Assembly (NCBI GenBank): GCA_018062965.1
Contig: JAGORG010000001.1
Location: forward strand, 71,488 to 135,487
From: Minisyncoccota bacterium
GTDB taxonomy: Bacteria; Patescibacteriota; Minisyncoccia; Phycocordibacterales; UBA5272
Reading direction: 5' to 3'
DNA: 64,000 nt
A program made the position numbers and the translations under genes. Shown piece by piece: positions 27,608 through 36,802 of this stretch. Each line of letters begins with the position of its first letter. Position 1 is the first letter of the stretch. The notes under the pieces were generated by a model, which was not told the origin of the DNA, searched no databases, and was given only the letters and a program-made list of their open reading frames with translations.

Positions 27608-28411
27608 ATGGAACTACGTAAAAACCTTTCAATTTTAGATCTTTCACGTAAGGAAGAAAAAGTGCTTTTGGCTATTATCGAAGGCTGTAGAACCCCTCTT
27701 TCTATATCAAACGAGACTAAAGTGACTCGTCCAGCTGTGTACGACATACTTCTTAAGCTAAAAAAGCGTGGATTGGTGCAGTCTAAAATAAAGGAAGGTA
27801 AAAAATCGTGGCATATCGTAGACCAACGTGAGCTTGCATCTTCTTTGTATGAAACAAAGAAAGTCTTACTCGGATTAAGTGATGGACGAGAAGAAGTGGT
27901 TGGGGTGGATGACAGCCTTATTGTGCTTCATAAAGGAAAGGAAGCGGTGAACAAAATACTTCATGAGATATTTCAATCTCGCCATCATGAACGATTCTTA
28001 GGCTTAACCGGCACCTCTCCTATTTCGGACTGGATGACCGTTATGAATGTAGACGGCATAGGCATAATCAATAGAACTATAAAGAAAAACAGTCTCATTA
28101 CCGAACTCGTTGCACCCGAGAAGTGGGTAGAAGAGCACTTTAAGGCTATGGGAAAAGAGTGGGCGGCTGACTACGAAGGTCGAACAGCATCCACTGTATA
28201 CATTGAGAAAAAATATTTTGATCACGGGGCACAGATGTTTGGTTTTAAAGACGCTTTATATCTCCTGGCGCTCGGTGATCAGCTCATTATAGAAATCCGT
28301 CACAGCGCTATTCAGAAAATGATACTTTCTATGTATGCGTTTATGAAAGATCACGGAGAGAAGATTGATGCAAATAGACTGTTACGTGAATTGATGGAAA
28401 AAGAATCTTAA
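27608..28411 (+). CDS. TrmB-family-like HTH transcriptional regulator (paralog 1)
   Basis: N-terminal pattern L..EEKVLLAIIEG..TPLSISNETKVTRPAVYDILLKLKKRGLV resembles the TrmB winged HTH. 267 aa, like the other two paralogs. Confidence 0.6.
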   Translation: MELRKNLSILDLSRKEEKVLLAIIEGCRTPLSISNETKVTRPAVYDILLKLKKRGLVQSKIKEGKKSWHIVDQRELASSLYETKKVLLGLSDGREEVVGVDDSLIVLHKGKEAVNKILHEIFQSRHHERFLGLTGTSPISDWMTVMNVDGIGIINRTIKKNSLITELVAPEKWVEEHFKAMGKEWAADYEGRTASTVYIEKKYFDHGAQMFGFKDALYLLALGDQLIIEIRHSAIQKMILSMYAFMKDHGEKIDANRLLRELMEKES

Positions 28412-28418
28412 GCAATAC

Positions 28419-28450
28419 AAAACCGGCATCGTAGATGCCGGTTTTTGTAT
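28419..28450. terminator. Bidirectional terminator
   Basis: aaaaccggcatc-gta-gatgccggtttt. Confidence 0.65.
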
Positions 28451-28487
28451 GTACTGTTGATTATAAACTATCAACCATTGACTATAT

Positions 28488-28835
28488 CTAGTGCTTTGTG
28501 TCGCAACGAATTGCAAGCATGATACCACCGATGATAGCGATATTTTTGAGAGCTGCAACGAGTTCAGTTACCTTGAAGTGAACAAGAAGTGTTGCAATCA
28601 CAGTAAACGCGATAAGTGTCCACCCAGTTTCTTTTACTTTGTATCCCCAAGCAAAAGCAAGTGCCACTGGTACTTCCACGATAATAACGAGAAGCGCAGC
28701 AAGTGTTGCTAGAGGCACATTAAGAGAATCTACAAACCCTACAGTTCCAGTAAAGTCCATAGCCTTCTGAACCCCTGCAACTACAAAGAGTAGAGCGATA
28801 AGTGAACGAGCAATCATTCCGTAATGTTTTGACAT
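28488..28835 (-). CDS. DoxX-family membrane protein
   Basis: LIALLFVVAGVQKAMDF...VEVPVALAFAWGYK is DoxX-like. Start placed at MSKHYGM rather than the ORF-track Met. Confidence 0.7.
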   Translation of the reverse strand: MSKHYGMIARSLIALLFVVAGVQKAMDFTGTVGFVDSLNVPLATLAALLVIIVEVPVALAFAWGYKVKETGWTLIAFTVIATLLVHFKVTELVAALKNIAIIGGIMLAIRCDTKH

Positions 28836-28923
28836 AAAAACGTAGAGTATAAAATACTTATAATAGCGGTGTCGCACAGTGTGCAACCCTACGCCCTCTA
28901 GTATAGCTCTTCTTCTAGCTGTA

Positions 28924-29619
28924 TTACCAGGTGGTAGCGAGTATAGATGTTAATGCAGCAACTGCGGCCGTGTCTGCTTTTAGTGTAGTTTCTGTTAATC
29001 GTAGAGATACAAAGCCTTTTTCGGCAAAAGCCCCCTCTTCCTCCTCTGTCCATCCGCCTTCAGGTCCAATCCACAGGGCGCATGTTGATATATCTGACAC
29101 AGTGTGGGTTTGTGCGCGCAAACTGGCAACAATATTCACCAACCCGCTTGTTTTTTGAAGGGCCTCATCAAATGTACAGATAGCTTCAATGATGGGTACT
29201 GTCCCCCGCCCTGATTGCTCAGCAGCTTCTGTGACGATAGCCTGCAAACGTTCCATATTAAGGTTTTTCTTTTCACTTCGCGCTGAAAGTATAGGTACTA
29301 TAGATGTAACACCAAGCTCGGTCGCCTGACGAGCAATAGTTTCAAAGGTATCTTTTTTAACAACCGCCATAACAAGAGTTATGTTAGAAGATGGAATGAT
29401 ATGTGGCTGTGTCGTTACTTGAGAGAGCGTAACTGATGTTTTTGTGTGTGAGGAAATACGATACACACTGTCTTCTCCCGCTATGTGTGGGGAAAACAAC
29501 ATAACCTCGTCACCTACTGTATATCTAAAAACATGTATCCACTGATGCACCAATTTTTTTTCCACTACAACAATCTCTTCACCAAGGGGTTTGTTTATGT
29601 AGAAGCGATGTAATCGCAT
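28924..29619 (-). CDS. rsmE: 16S rRNA (uracil1498-N3)-methyltransferase RsmE
   Basis: MRLHRFYI...GDEVMLF N-terminal PUA-like region and C-terminal SPOUT ...IGPEGGWTEEE. Confidence 0.85.
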   Translation of the reverse strand: MRLHRFYINKPLGEEIVVVEKKLVHQWIHVFRYTVGDEVMLFSPHIAGEDSVYRISSHTKTSVTLSQVTTQPHIIPSSNITLVMAVVKKDTFETIARQATELGVTSIVPILSARSEKKNLNMERLQAIVTEAAEQSGRGTVPIIEAICTFDEALQKTSGLVNIVASLRAQTHTVSDISTCALWIGPEGGWTEEEEGAFAEKGFVSLRLTETTLKADTAAVAALTSILATTW

Positions 29620-30110
29620 TACTCACTACACTACGAGTATCAAAGAGACATTGCAAGAGTGTAGAAAAGACAATCTTTATAAAGACAAATACAAACCTAT
29701 CTATATAAAAGACAGTTATCCACAGGTAAGGGCTTGCATATAAAAGACATATAAAATACAATTATGAGGTAGGTAAATGACGTTGAAATAAACCCTCCCC
29801 TGTTTAAGGGGTCACACAGATTTCTAACGACTCTTTACCCAGTATGTTCTTTCAAAAAGCGGTTCATAAAAATCATCATTCGATTGCCGCACACTCAATA
29901 CCATAGTTCGCTCTTTTATTAAGTTACCCAGGTTGTAGATAACCCATGTAGCTCAAAACTCTCGAAAATCCCCTGTATTCTGGCTGCGAAGCACCGCTTC
30001 GTATCCAGATCGCAGGGGATTTTTTTATTGTAGACCTCATATTTCATATACAAACAAATAAAAAACCGAGCGCCGTAGCGCCCGGTTGGGTTGTTGAGGG
30101 GCTAGTCCCC

Positions 30111-31352
30111 TCACTTTTTCTTTCTTTGCTGGCCCTTGCTTTTGTTCAGGTGGTTCAAAACAGCCTGATCAATGACTGCTTGGCTTGCGCCTGCTGCCTT
30201 GAGAGCCGCAGCGAGATCGGCAACGGCTTTTAATTCGCCTTGCATGAGCGCCAATTCAGTTTCAAGCCTTTTTCTTTCAGCTTCTGATCGTATTTCCTGA
30301 CGTTTTGCCTTGGCTTCCTCGATTTGTTTTTCGAGGTCTTCTTTGGTCTTCTTGGCTGGAGGGTACTTCTTGGTAAACCAATACATAATCCCACCAATTG
30401 CAAGCAAGACCGCACCCGACAAACCGATCAGAAGAGGGTATCCTAATAGACCGATTTTGTAGAGTATGAAGCTTACAAGGAACAGGCATACACCTGCAGT
30501 TGCAGCCCCTTTGGCGTAGCTCCCTGATTGTTTGTACACATGATAGCTTGCAAGGCCTACCAAAAATGCACAACCTGTCAGTATGAGCATGAGTCCGGCT
30601 TCGACCTCGTCGTATGCGAGCATGCCGCCAACAACAACCAGGATACAAGCTACCGAAACGGGCCCAAGCTTACTCAAGGCCTCGCCGACCGCAGCCTTGT
30701 TCTTGTGAGCAAAAAAACATGCAATAGCTGCAAGGATCAAGCACGCAAAGAGCGTAATGCTTTTGCTGGCAAACAGAAGAGCTGCCACAATGAGTCCACC
30801 ACCCCAGAAAATCAAGGGTTTTTGCTCGGCATGCCTGGCGACAGCTTCGCCCTGAGCTTTTGCCCAAGGTGTGGCCGTGTCCCAGGCGGCGTTTGCCCAT
30901 TTTCCTGCCGTTTCCTGCGCCTTTTCGGCTCGGTCTCGCCAGGAACTGTTGCTACCACCTTGCGGCGGCTGAGTCCCTGAGGACGTTTCGCCGTTTTTCG
31001 GGGTCACATCATCGACACTGTCAACATTCACAAACTTTCCATCGACAAAGACCCTTTTGGGGCGACTTGTGTTGGAAGATCTGGTTGTTTGTCCGCCGGA
31101 AGCAAAACTCTCTTTGATTTCCCTCCCCACCTGACGAACCTTGTTCATCAGTATGTTCACGATTGGAAACGGGAGGACTCCTGTGATAAGCAGGGCACAC
31201 GCAAGTGTTGTATCAGTTCTGCGATACATCAAGAATTGATGTATGACATAGTCAGCAACCGTATAGGTTGCAAACCAGATAGCTGCGATAGCGAGACAGA
31301 GGAGCGCAATGTGCCCCACCTTTTTCAAAATGGTTTCCATGAGGATCTCCAA
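30111..31352 (-). CDS. Polytopic hypothetical membrane protein with C-terminal coiled-coil tail, GC-rich (about 55%)
   Basis: Multiple TM segments. C-terminus EDLEKQIEEAKAKRQEIRSEAERKRLETELALMQGELKAV. Composition differs from neighbours. Confidence 0.6.
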   Translation of the reverse strand: MEILMETILKKVGHIALLCLAIAAIWFATYTVADYVIHQFLMYRRTDTTLACALLITGVLPFPIVNILMNKVRQVGREIKESFASGGQTTRSSNTSRPKRVFVDGKFVNVDSVDDVTPKNGETSSGTQPPQGGSNSSWRDRAEKAQETAGKWANAAWDTATPWAKAQGEAVARHAEQKPLIFWGGGLIVAALLFASKSITLFACLILAAIACFFAHKNKAAVGEALSKLGPVSVACILVVVGGMLAYDEVEAGLMLILTGCAFLVGLASYHVYKQSGSYAKGAATAGVCLFLVSFILYKIGLLGYPLLIGLSGAVLLAIGGIMYWFTKKYPPAKKTKEDLEKQIEEAKAKRQEIRSEAERKRLETELALMQGELKAVADLAAALKAAGASQAVIDQAVLNHLNKSKGQQRKKK

Positions 31353-31575
31353 AGGTTAAATTCAATGTTCATTATGATATAAGCATCTCTGCTCGTATCA
31401 CGGCTACTTATACTTATATAACAAAAACATACTTTTGTCAATCGTTTCACCTCAAGCATTTAATGGTATAGTGCGAATATCCAGTACGACAGAAACTCAG
31501 TATTGCTCAGTATTTTTAAAGAATTTTGTATTTGAATGTGTATTACTAGTGACTACTAATTATTGACTATCAACT

Positions 31576-32160
31576 ATGCTGATTCCAACTGTTATTGAAA
31601 AAAGCCAATTTGGCGAACGCGCCTTTGATATTTATTCACGCCTCCTCAAAGAGCGTATTATCTTTTTGAGTGATGAGGTTAATCATCACACAGCTTCTGT
31701 TGTTATTGCACAGATGCTTTTTCTTGAGTCTGAAGATCCGAAAAAGGATATTACGCTCTACATCAACTCCCCTGGTGGTGAAATCCAGTCAGGTTTGGCT
31801 ATTATCGACACTATGCACCACATCAAACCAGATGTTTCTACAGTGTGTATCGGCATGGCAGCTTCTATGGGTGCGATGATACTCTCGCAAGGTACAAAAG
31901 GTAAGCGATTTGTGCTTCCAAACGGCGAAGTGATGATTCATCAGCCACTTTCTGGTGTTGAAGGTCAGGCTTCTGATATTGAAATAAAAGCAAAACACAT
32001 CCTTAAAATTAAGGAAAAGTTGTATGCAATGCTTGCGGATGCAACAGGTAAAACAAAAGCCCAAGTTGAAAAAGATGGTGACCGTGACTATTGGATGAGT
32101 GCTGACGAAGCAAAGAAGTACGGTATCGTTGACCAGGTTCTAAAACCAAAGACAAAATAA
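31576..32160 (+). CDS. clpP: ATP-dependent Clp protease proteolytic subunit
   Basis: INSPGG...[11 protein letters not shown]...HQP are the catalytic-triad contexts. Confidence 0.95.
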   Translation: MLIPTVIEKSQFGERAFDIYSRLLKERIIFLSDEVNHHTASVVIAQMLFLESEDPKKDITLYINSPGGEIQSGLAIIDTMHHIKPDVSTVCIGMAASMGAMILSQGTKGKRFVLPNGEVMIHQPLSGVEGQASDIEIKAKHILKIKEKLYAMLADATGKTKAQVEKDGDRDYWMSADEAKKYGIVDQVLKPKTK

Positions 32161-32191
32161 TCCCATCCCCTAGGGATCCCATAACCTACGT

Positions 32192-33685
32192 ATGGAAAAG
32201 CTCATCATAGAAGCAGGACTCATAGCCGGCGGAGTTGGCGCTTTGGTTGGTTTCTTTGCGCGTGACTATTACGCAAAGATAAAAACAGGTAATGCAGAAC
32301 AAAAAGCAGATAGTATTTTGCTTGAAGCAAAAAAGGAGGCTCATAAAATAGAAGAAGAAGCCCTCACTCGTGCGCAAACGATACGTAGTGAGCTTGAAAA
32401 AAGCGAAGACAGGCTACAAAAACAAGAAGAGCGTATTGATAAACGCGAACAAGAGGTCGCGCGTGATCTCGAAACGCTACGAACTAAGTCCAAAGAACTA
32501 GAAACTCTTCAGGACGCTCTTGATGCACAAGAAAAAGACACAGTTCGTGCCCGCGAAGCTCTTGCAGGGATTACTCAGGAACAAGCACGTCACATGTTGT
32601 TTGAAAAAATAACTCGTGAATCTGAAGAAGACTTGAAATCTAGAATGCTCAAACTCTCTCGAGATGGAGAAGAACGCTTTATGGAGCAAGCGCGAGATAT
32701 GTTGGTAAACAACGTCTACCGTATTGCAAATGCAAACGTTTCTTCGTTTACAACGAGCACTGTTGAGATTGCAGATGAAGAGGTAAAAGGCAAAATCATC
32801 GGGAAAGAAGGACGTAATATCAAAACCTTTGAACGTCTTGCAGGTGTTGAATTGCTTGTCGATGAACATCCACAAGCAATAGTTGTATCGTGTTTTGATC
32901 CAGTTCGCCGTGCGATTGCAAAGAACGCACTCGAAATGCTCATCAAAGACGGTCGTATTCAGCCGATCAAAATAGAAGAGTATATCGAGAAAGCAAAAAA
33001 AGATATCGGTGTATTTATGAAAAAGAAAGGAGAAGAAGCAGTACTTGCGTGTGGGCTTCTTTCTATTCCAGAACCACTGATCCCTCTTATTGGTCGGCTG
33101 TATTTCCGAACAAGTTATGGACAAAATGTTCTTGATCACTCAGTTGAGATGGCACACATCGCAGGCATGCTTGCACAAGAGCTCGGTGCAGATGTGCAAG
33201 TAGCAAAAGCTGGAGCGCTTTTGCATGATATCGGAAAAGCCGTTGACCATGAGATTCAAGGTACACATGTTGAAATCGGTAGAAAGATTTTGGCAAAGTA
33301 TGGCGTGGATGAACGGGTGATACTTGCTATGCAGGCGCATCATGAAGAGTATCCATATGAAACTATCGAATCAGTGCTTGTGCAGGTTGCAGACGCAGTA
33401 AGTGGTGGACGCCCTGGCGCACGTCGAGATACTGTTGATAGGTATATTACTCGCCTTTCTGATTTAGAAGCCATTGCACTCGCATTTTCAGGCATTGAGC
33501 GTGTGTATGCACTACAAGCTGGGCGAGAAATACGTGTATTTGTTACTCCTACCCTTGTATCTGACATGCAGGCACGGGATTTGGCGCGTCAGATCGCACT
33601 TCGTATCGAACAGGAGCTTAGATATCCAGGTGAAATAAAAATAAATGTTATACGTGAGAGCCGAACGATAGAGTTTGCAAGATAA
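32192..33685 (+). CDS. rny: Ribonuclease Y
   Basis: N-terminal TM, coiled coil, KH GKIIGKEGRNIKTFERLAGV, and HD domain LLHDIGKA. Confidence 0.9.
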   Translation: MEKLIIEAGLIAGGVGALVGFFARDYYAKIKTGNAEQKADSILLEAKKEAHKIEEEALTRAQTIRSELEKSEDRLQKQEERIDKREQEVARDLETLRTKSKELETLQDALDAQEKDTVRAREALAGITQEQARHMLFEKITRESEEDLKSRMLKLSRDGEERFMEQARDMLVNNVYRIANANVSSFTTSTVEIADEEVKGKIIGKEGRNIKTFERLAGVELLVDEHPQAIVVSCFDPVRRAIAKNALEMLIKDGRIQPIKIEEYIEKAKKDIGVFMKKKGEEAVLACGLLSIPEPLIPLIGRLYFRTSYGQNVLDHSVEMAHIAGMLAQELGADVQVAKAGALLHDIGKAVDHEIQGTHVEIGRKILAKYGVDERVILAMQAHHEEYPYETIESVLVQVADAVSGGRPGARRDTVDRYITRLSDLEAIALAFSGIERVYALQAGREIRVFVTPTLVSDMQARDLARQIALRIEQELRYPGEIKINVIRESRTIEFAR

Positions 33686-33721
33686 AACAAGAAGCGCGCC
33701 CGTCGGGCGCGCTTCTTGTTT
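33684..33721 (+). terminator. Intrinsic terminator after rny
   Basis: aagaagcgcgcccg-tc-gggcgcgcttctt plus T-run. Confidence 0.7.
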
Positions 33722-33906
33722 AGACAATAGCATCTACATGTTGGTTTTGACTTTTCCACACGGTGTTGTATTATGACTTGCCAAAAAACCCAAGGAGTAT
33801 ATACTTTTTATAGCCATCACAAAGCATTCTTGCTTTGCGGTGTGAATTACAAACATCTTATCAATGTCGTGGTCCTAGGAAAACACGATATTACATTCAC
33901 AACTAT

Positions 33907-34179
33907 ATGAACAAAGTAGGCCTCGTTGAAGCAGTACACGCAGTTCTCGGTGGTACAAAGGTACAAGCTGAAGCTGTCGTAGATACAGTTTTCGATTCAA
34001 TCGTTAAGACTCTTAAGAAGGGTGACGAAGTTGCAATCGCCGGTTTCGGTAAGTTCGTAGCAAAGAAGCGTGCAGCACGCGATGCTCGTAACCCAAAGAC
34101 AGGTGAAACTGTAAAGGTTCCAGCAACAACAGTTCCAAAGTTCTCAGCCGCAAAGGCACTTAAGGATGCAGTTAAGTAA
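33907..34179 (+). CDS. hup: DNA-binding protein HU
   Basis: MNKVGLVEAV...GFGKF...RNPKTGE matches HU. Start is the internal Met of the 33835 ORF. Confidence 0.9.
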   Translation: MNKVGLVEAVHAVLGGTKVQAEAVVDTVFDSIVKTLKKGDEVAIAGFGKFVAKKRAARDARNPKTGETVKVPATTVPKFSAAKALKDAVK

Positions 34180-34226
34180 TTAACGCCATTCTCAATCAAA
34201 AACCCGCCACATGGCGGGTTTTTGAT

Positions 34227-34598
34227 TTATGCAAATCTTTCTCTTCTATAGTCTGTTCTATCAGAATCATAAAAATCACTAGTTCCTTCTATGATTGGTT
34301 TTTCTATGTCAGAGTCGTTCGCGGCTGGTAGGTTTCCATATCTTCCAAACTTTTCATCAAGGAGATGATCTTTTTGTGTTTGGAGTTCTGCTAGATCTAT
34401 ACGAGCATGTAGTAGATCTTTTGCTCGACGTTCGTTAGGTTCAGCCTTTTGCATGCCTTCAAGAGACTGAATAAAATCTTGCGCTTTCGTTATCTTATTA
34501 TTTATTTCTAGAATCTGCTCATCAAGTGGAGTAAGAGCTTCCTGTTGTGTAGGCTTAAACTCCCCCTCACCCGCAATCATTGTTTCTTTAAATTCCAT
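34227..34598 (-). CDS. Hypothetical coiled-coil protein
   Basis: 123-aa ORF with terminators on both sides. Confidence 0.5.
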   Translation of the reverse strand: MEFKETMIAGEGEFKPTQQEALTPLDEQILEINNKITKAQDFIQSLEGMQKAEPNERRAKDLLHARIDLAELQTQKDHLLDEKFGRYGNLPAANDSDIEKPIIEGTSDFYDSDRTDYRRERFA

Positions 34599-34751
34599 AT
34601 ATACAAAGTATATCTCATACTTTTGTAAAGTTGTAGGATCTGTTCAAGTACAACACGGCTGACTCATTACAGGCATGAACCGCTCCAGGTGATACATCTT
34701 CAGAATTTGAAATCCCCCAGAGAAATAATCTGGGGGATTTCAAATATTTTG

Positions 34752-34822
34752 TGCGGCGTAAGGGAATCGAACCCTTGTCCCCTGCTTGGAAGGCAGGTAT
34801 TCTACCACTAAACCAACACCGC
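34752..34822 (-). tRNA. tRNA-Gly (anticodon TCC)
   Basis: Cloverleaf folded by hand: acceptor GCGGTGT/ACGCCGC, anticodon loop CTTCCAA, T-arm GGGTTCGATTCCC. Confidence 0.85.
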
Positions 34823-34861
34823 GATAGAAGTCATTCTACTATATCTCGCTATATTTTTCCA

Positions 34862-35098
34862 CTACCTTACTTTAGTGAACCGCCCAACTGATTCCCCTGC
34901 TTCGTCGGTTAGTTTTTCTACAAAGTCCTCAAGAGGTCTGCACCAAAGTTTTTCATCGGTGAGTGCTTTGTATATAACGCATTCTTTCATGTCGAGATCT
35001 TCATGTTTCACCTGCATCTGCCCAATTCCAAGAATTTCATACTCCCCTTTGGTTTTATAATGCTGCCACACTTCCCCTGTTTTTGGTTTGCTTTCCAT
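34862..35098 (-). CDS. DUF1653-like small protein
   Basis: MESKPKTGEVWQHYKTKGEYEI...WCRPLEDF. The upstream extension in the ORF track overlaps tRNA-Pro and is rejected. Confidence 0.55.
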   Translation of the reverse strand: MESKPKTGEVWQHYKTKGEYEILGIGQMQVKHEDLDMKECVIYKALTDEKLWCRPLEDFVEKLTDEAGESVGRFTKVR

Positions 35099-35177
35099 AT
35101 ATACATAGCATACATGCAAAATCTTAAAAATGTGATAGGATATATACACGTTTCTTACGTATCGGAGTATGTAATAT

Positions 35178-35250
35178 CGGAGTGTGGTGTAACGGCTAAC
35201 ATCCTCGCTTTGGGAGCGAGTGACTCCGGGTTCGAATCCCGGCACTCCGA
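35178..35250 (+). tRNA. tRNA-Pro (anticodon TGG)
   Basis: Acceptor CGGAGTG/CACTCCG, anticodon loop TTTGGGA, T-arm CCGGGTTCGAATCCCGG. Confidence 0.85.
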
Positions 35251-35425
35251 CAAGTATATAAAGCACCCTTTGTGGGTGTTTTATATTTGTCGGGTGCAGC
35301 ACATGAACTGCTTCATGTGCGTCGGGATTCGAAAGCCGCAGCTATATTTTGCTAGCAAGCAAAATAGCGAGGAGTGGCTGATTAGTAAATCATGCCGTGA
35401 GGCCAAAGCGAGTCCTGGCAACTAA

Positions 35426-35455
35426 CAAAACCTCGTTTCATACGAGGTTTTGCTT
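35426..35455. terminator. Bidirectional terminator
   Basis: aacctcgtttcatacgaggtt hairpin with A/T flanks. Confidence 0.6.
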
Positions 35456-35844
35456 TACTCTTTATGTATATTCTCTAAAAGCTTCACTTTCCCCTCTTTT
35501 CGTAGCGGGTTGATGTATACACAAGCCAGATCTATACACCACAGTGTTTCATGTGGAACGTTTCGGTGCTTGAGATAGGTTTGAGCGCTTATGACGATTC
35601 TAGACCACTTTTTTGCTGTTAGGTTATCTTCTGGCTGAATAGCAAGATTGGCTATATCAGCAAAATCTTTGACTTTTACACTTTTAACCTCAACAAAATG
35701 CAAAGTCTGTCCTTTTTTAGCAACGATGTCTATTTCGCCGTACCGAGTAGGATAGTTTATTTCAATAATAGAAAAACCCTGTTTCATAAGAAACGCTTTT
35801 GCTATTTTCTCACCTATTTTGCCTATTTCATTGTGTTCAGCCAT
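35455..35844 (-). CDS. YraN/UPF0102-family endonuclease-like protein
   Basis: GEIDIVAKKGQTLHFVEVKS is the UPF0102 signature. Confidence 0.7.
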   Translation of the reverse strand: MAEHNEIGKIGEKIAKAFLMKQGFSIIEINYPTRYGEIDIVAKKGQTLHFVEVKSVKVKDFADIANLAIQPEDNLTAKKWSRIVISAQTYLKHRNVPHETLWCIDLACVYINPLRKEGKVKLLENIHKE

Positions 35845-36233
35845 GTATTTGATACCAGAAACGGTTTCATGTGGAACGTTTCAAATGTAAAAAGGTATTT
35901 GTTTCACGTGAAACGTTTTGTCTTATTGTCTGTACTTAACCTTTATAAAACGTCAGAGACTTCTGTAAAAGCTATATGTATCAATGCTATTTTACAATTA
36001 AGGGCAGGGGTCGTACAGTTTGCCCTCTACGTACTTTACTGTCTCTTATCCCCCATACACACAGGTTTATCCCCAGTTTTGCAAAAAATGCTTGAAAATA
36101 AAAGATTTTAGAGTGATTCAAGTATGTGTATATCTAAGACATGCAAACAACGGCGTCTTATTGTGTCCGAAAAGGGGTATATCATCTTTTAAACTGGATA
36201 TCTCTATGATAGAATAATCGAGTAAATATAGAT

Positions 36234-36304
36234 GCGGTGTTGGTTTAGTGGTAGAACACGACCTTGCCAAGGTTGAGACAGGAGTTCGATTCTCCTACGC
36301 CGCA
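36234..36304 (+). tRNA. tRNA-Gly (anticodon GCC)
   Basis: Acceptor GCGGTGT/ACGCCGC, anticodon loop TTGCCAA, T-arm GGAGTTCGATTCTCC. Confidence 0.85.
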
Positions 36305-36700
36305 CAGGAATTCAATAAAGACAAAGGCTTTATTTGTGTGTAGGAGAATCGAACTCCGAAGGTGTCTATATTTTAAAGGAGATAAGCGACTATTAAAATA
36401 AGACACTTCGAGCTGGTAACCCAGCGAGAAGATGAGAGATTCTTAGCCGTATCCGTTACACGAGAAACGTTAAGAGGGGGTCCGCCAGGATTTTCTCCCA
36501 CAAATACATTTTTGTCGTCACAAAAATGTTTCACGGTCCGCTCCTCACTGTTTTTCTTGCTAGAAAAACCCTAAAGGACTGCGGTTTCAAAAGATTGACT
36601 ACAATCTAAGAAACCGGGAGCATGTTCCGGACTTTCGAATCCTGACGCATCACACGCAGGTGTGATGCTGCGGAAGCACAATACATGCTTCGCAATATTG

Positions 36701-36772
36701 TGCTTCCGCCAGGATTCGAACCTGGAACGACGGTTCCGAAGACCGGAGTGATATCCATTTCACCACGGAAGC
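36701..36772 (-). tRNA. tRNA-Arg (anticodon TCG)
   Basis: Acceptor GCTTCCG/CGGAAGC, D-arm GTGA/TCAC, anticodon loop CTTCGGA, T-arm CCAGGTTCGAATCCTGG. One C-U mismatch closing the anticodon stem. Confidence 0.8.
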
Positions 36773-36802
36773 TTGTAGAGTAAGGTTATACTAACATAAA
36801 CC

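Noticed and set aside
33835-33906. Upstream start for hup (MRCELQTSYQ...)
   Set aside because: HU proteins start at MNK. The upstream residues are not HU-like and lie in the promoter region.
35099-35302. N-terminal extension of the 34862..35302 ORF (GVPGFEPG...)
   Set aside because: It is the antisense translation of tRNA-Pro (35178..35250). The real gene starts at the internal Met (MESKPKTGEVW).
36305-36700. Assignment as tmRNA or RNase P RNA
   Set aside because: Only short motif resemblance (GGAUUCGAAAG, GAAAGUCCGG). The acceptor stem lacks a G3-U70 pair, no credible tag-peptide frame ends in the typical hydrophobic A-A, and the RNase P CR-II/CR-V motifs are not found. Left as an unclassified candidate RNA.
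36671-36710. Inverted copy of the tRNA-Arg 3' end (GCGGAAGCACAAT) as an integration-site duplication
   Set aside because: It forms a simple hairpin with the tRNA 3' end and trailer. This is more parsimoniously a processing or terminator structure than an att site, and there is no adjacent integrase.
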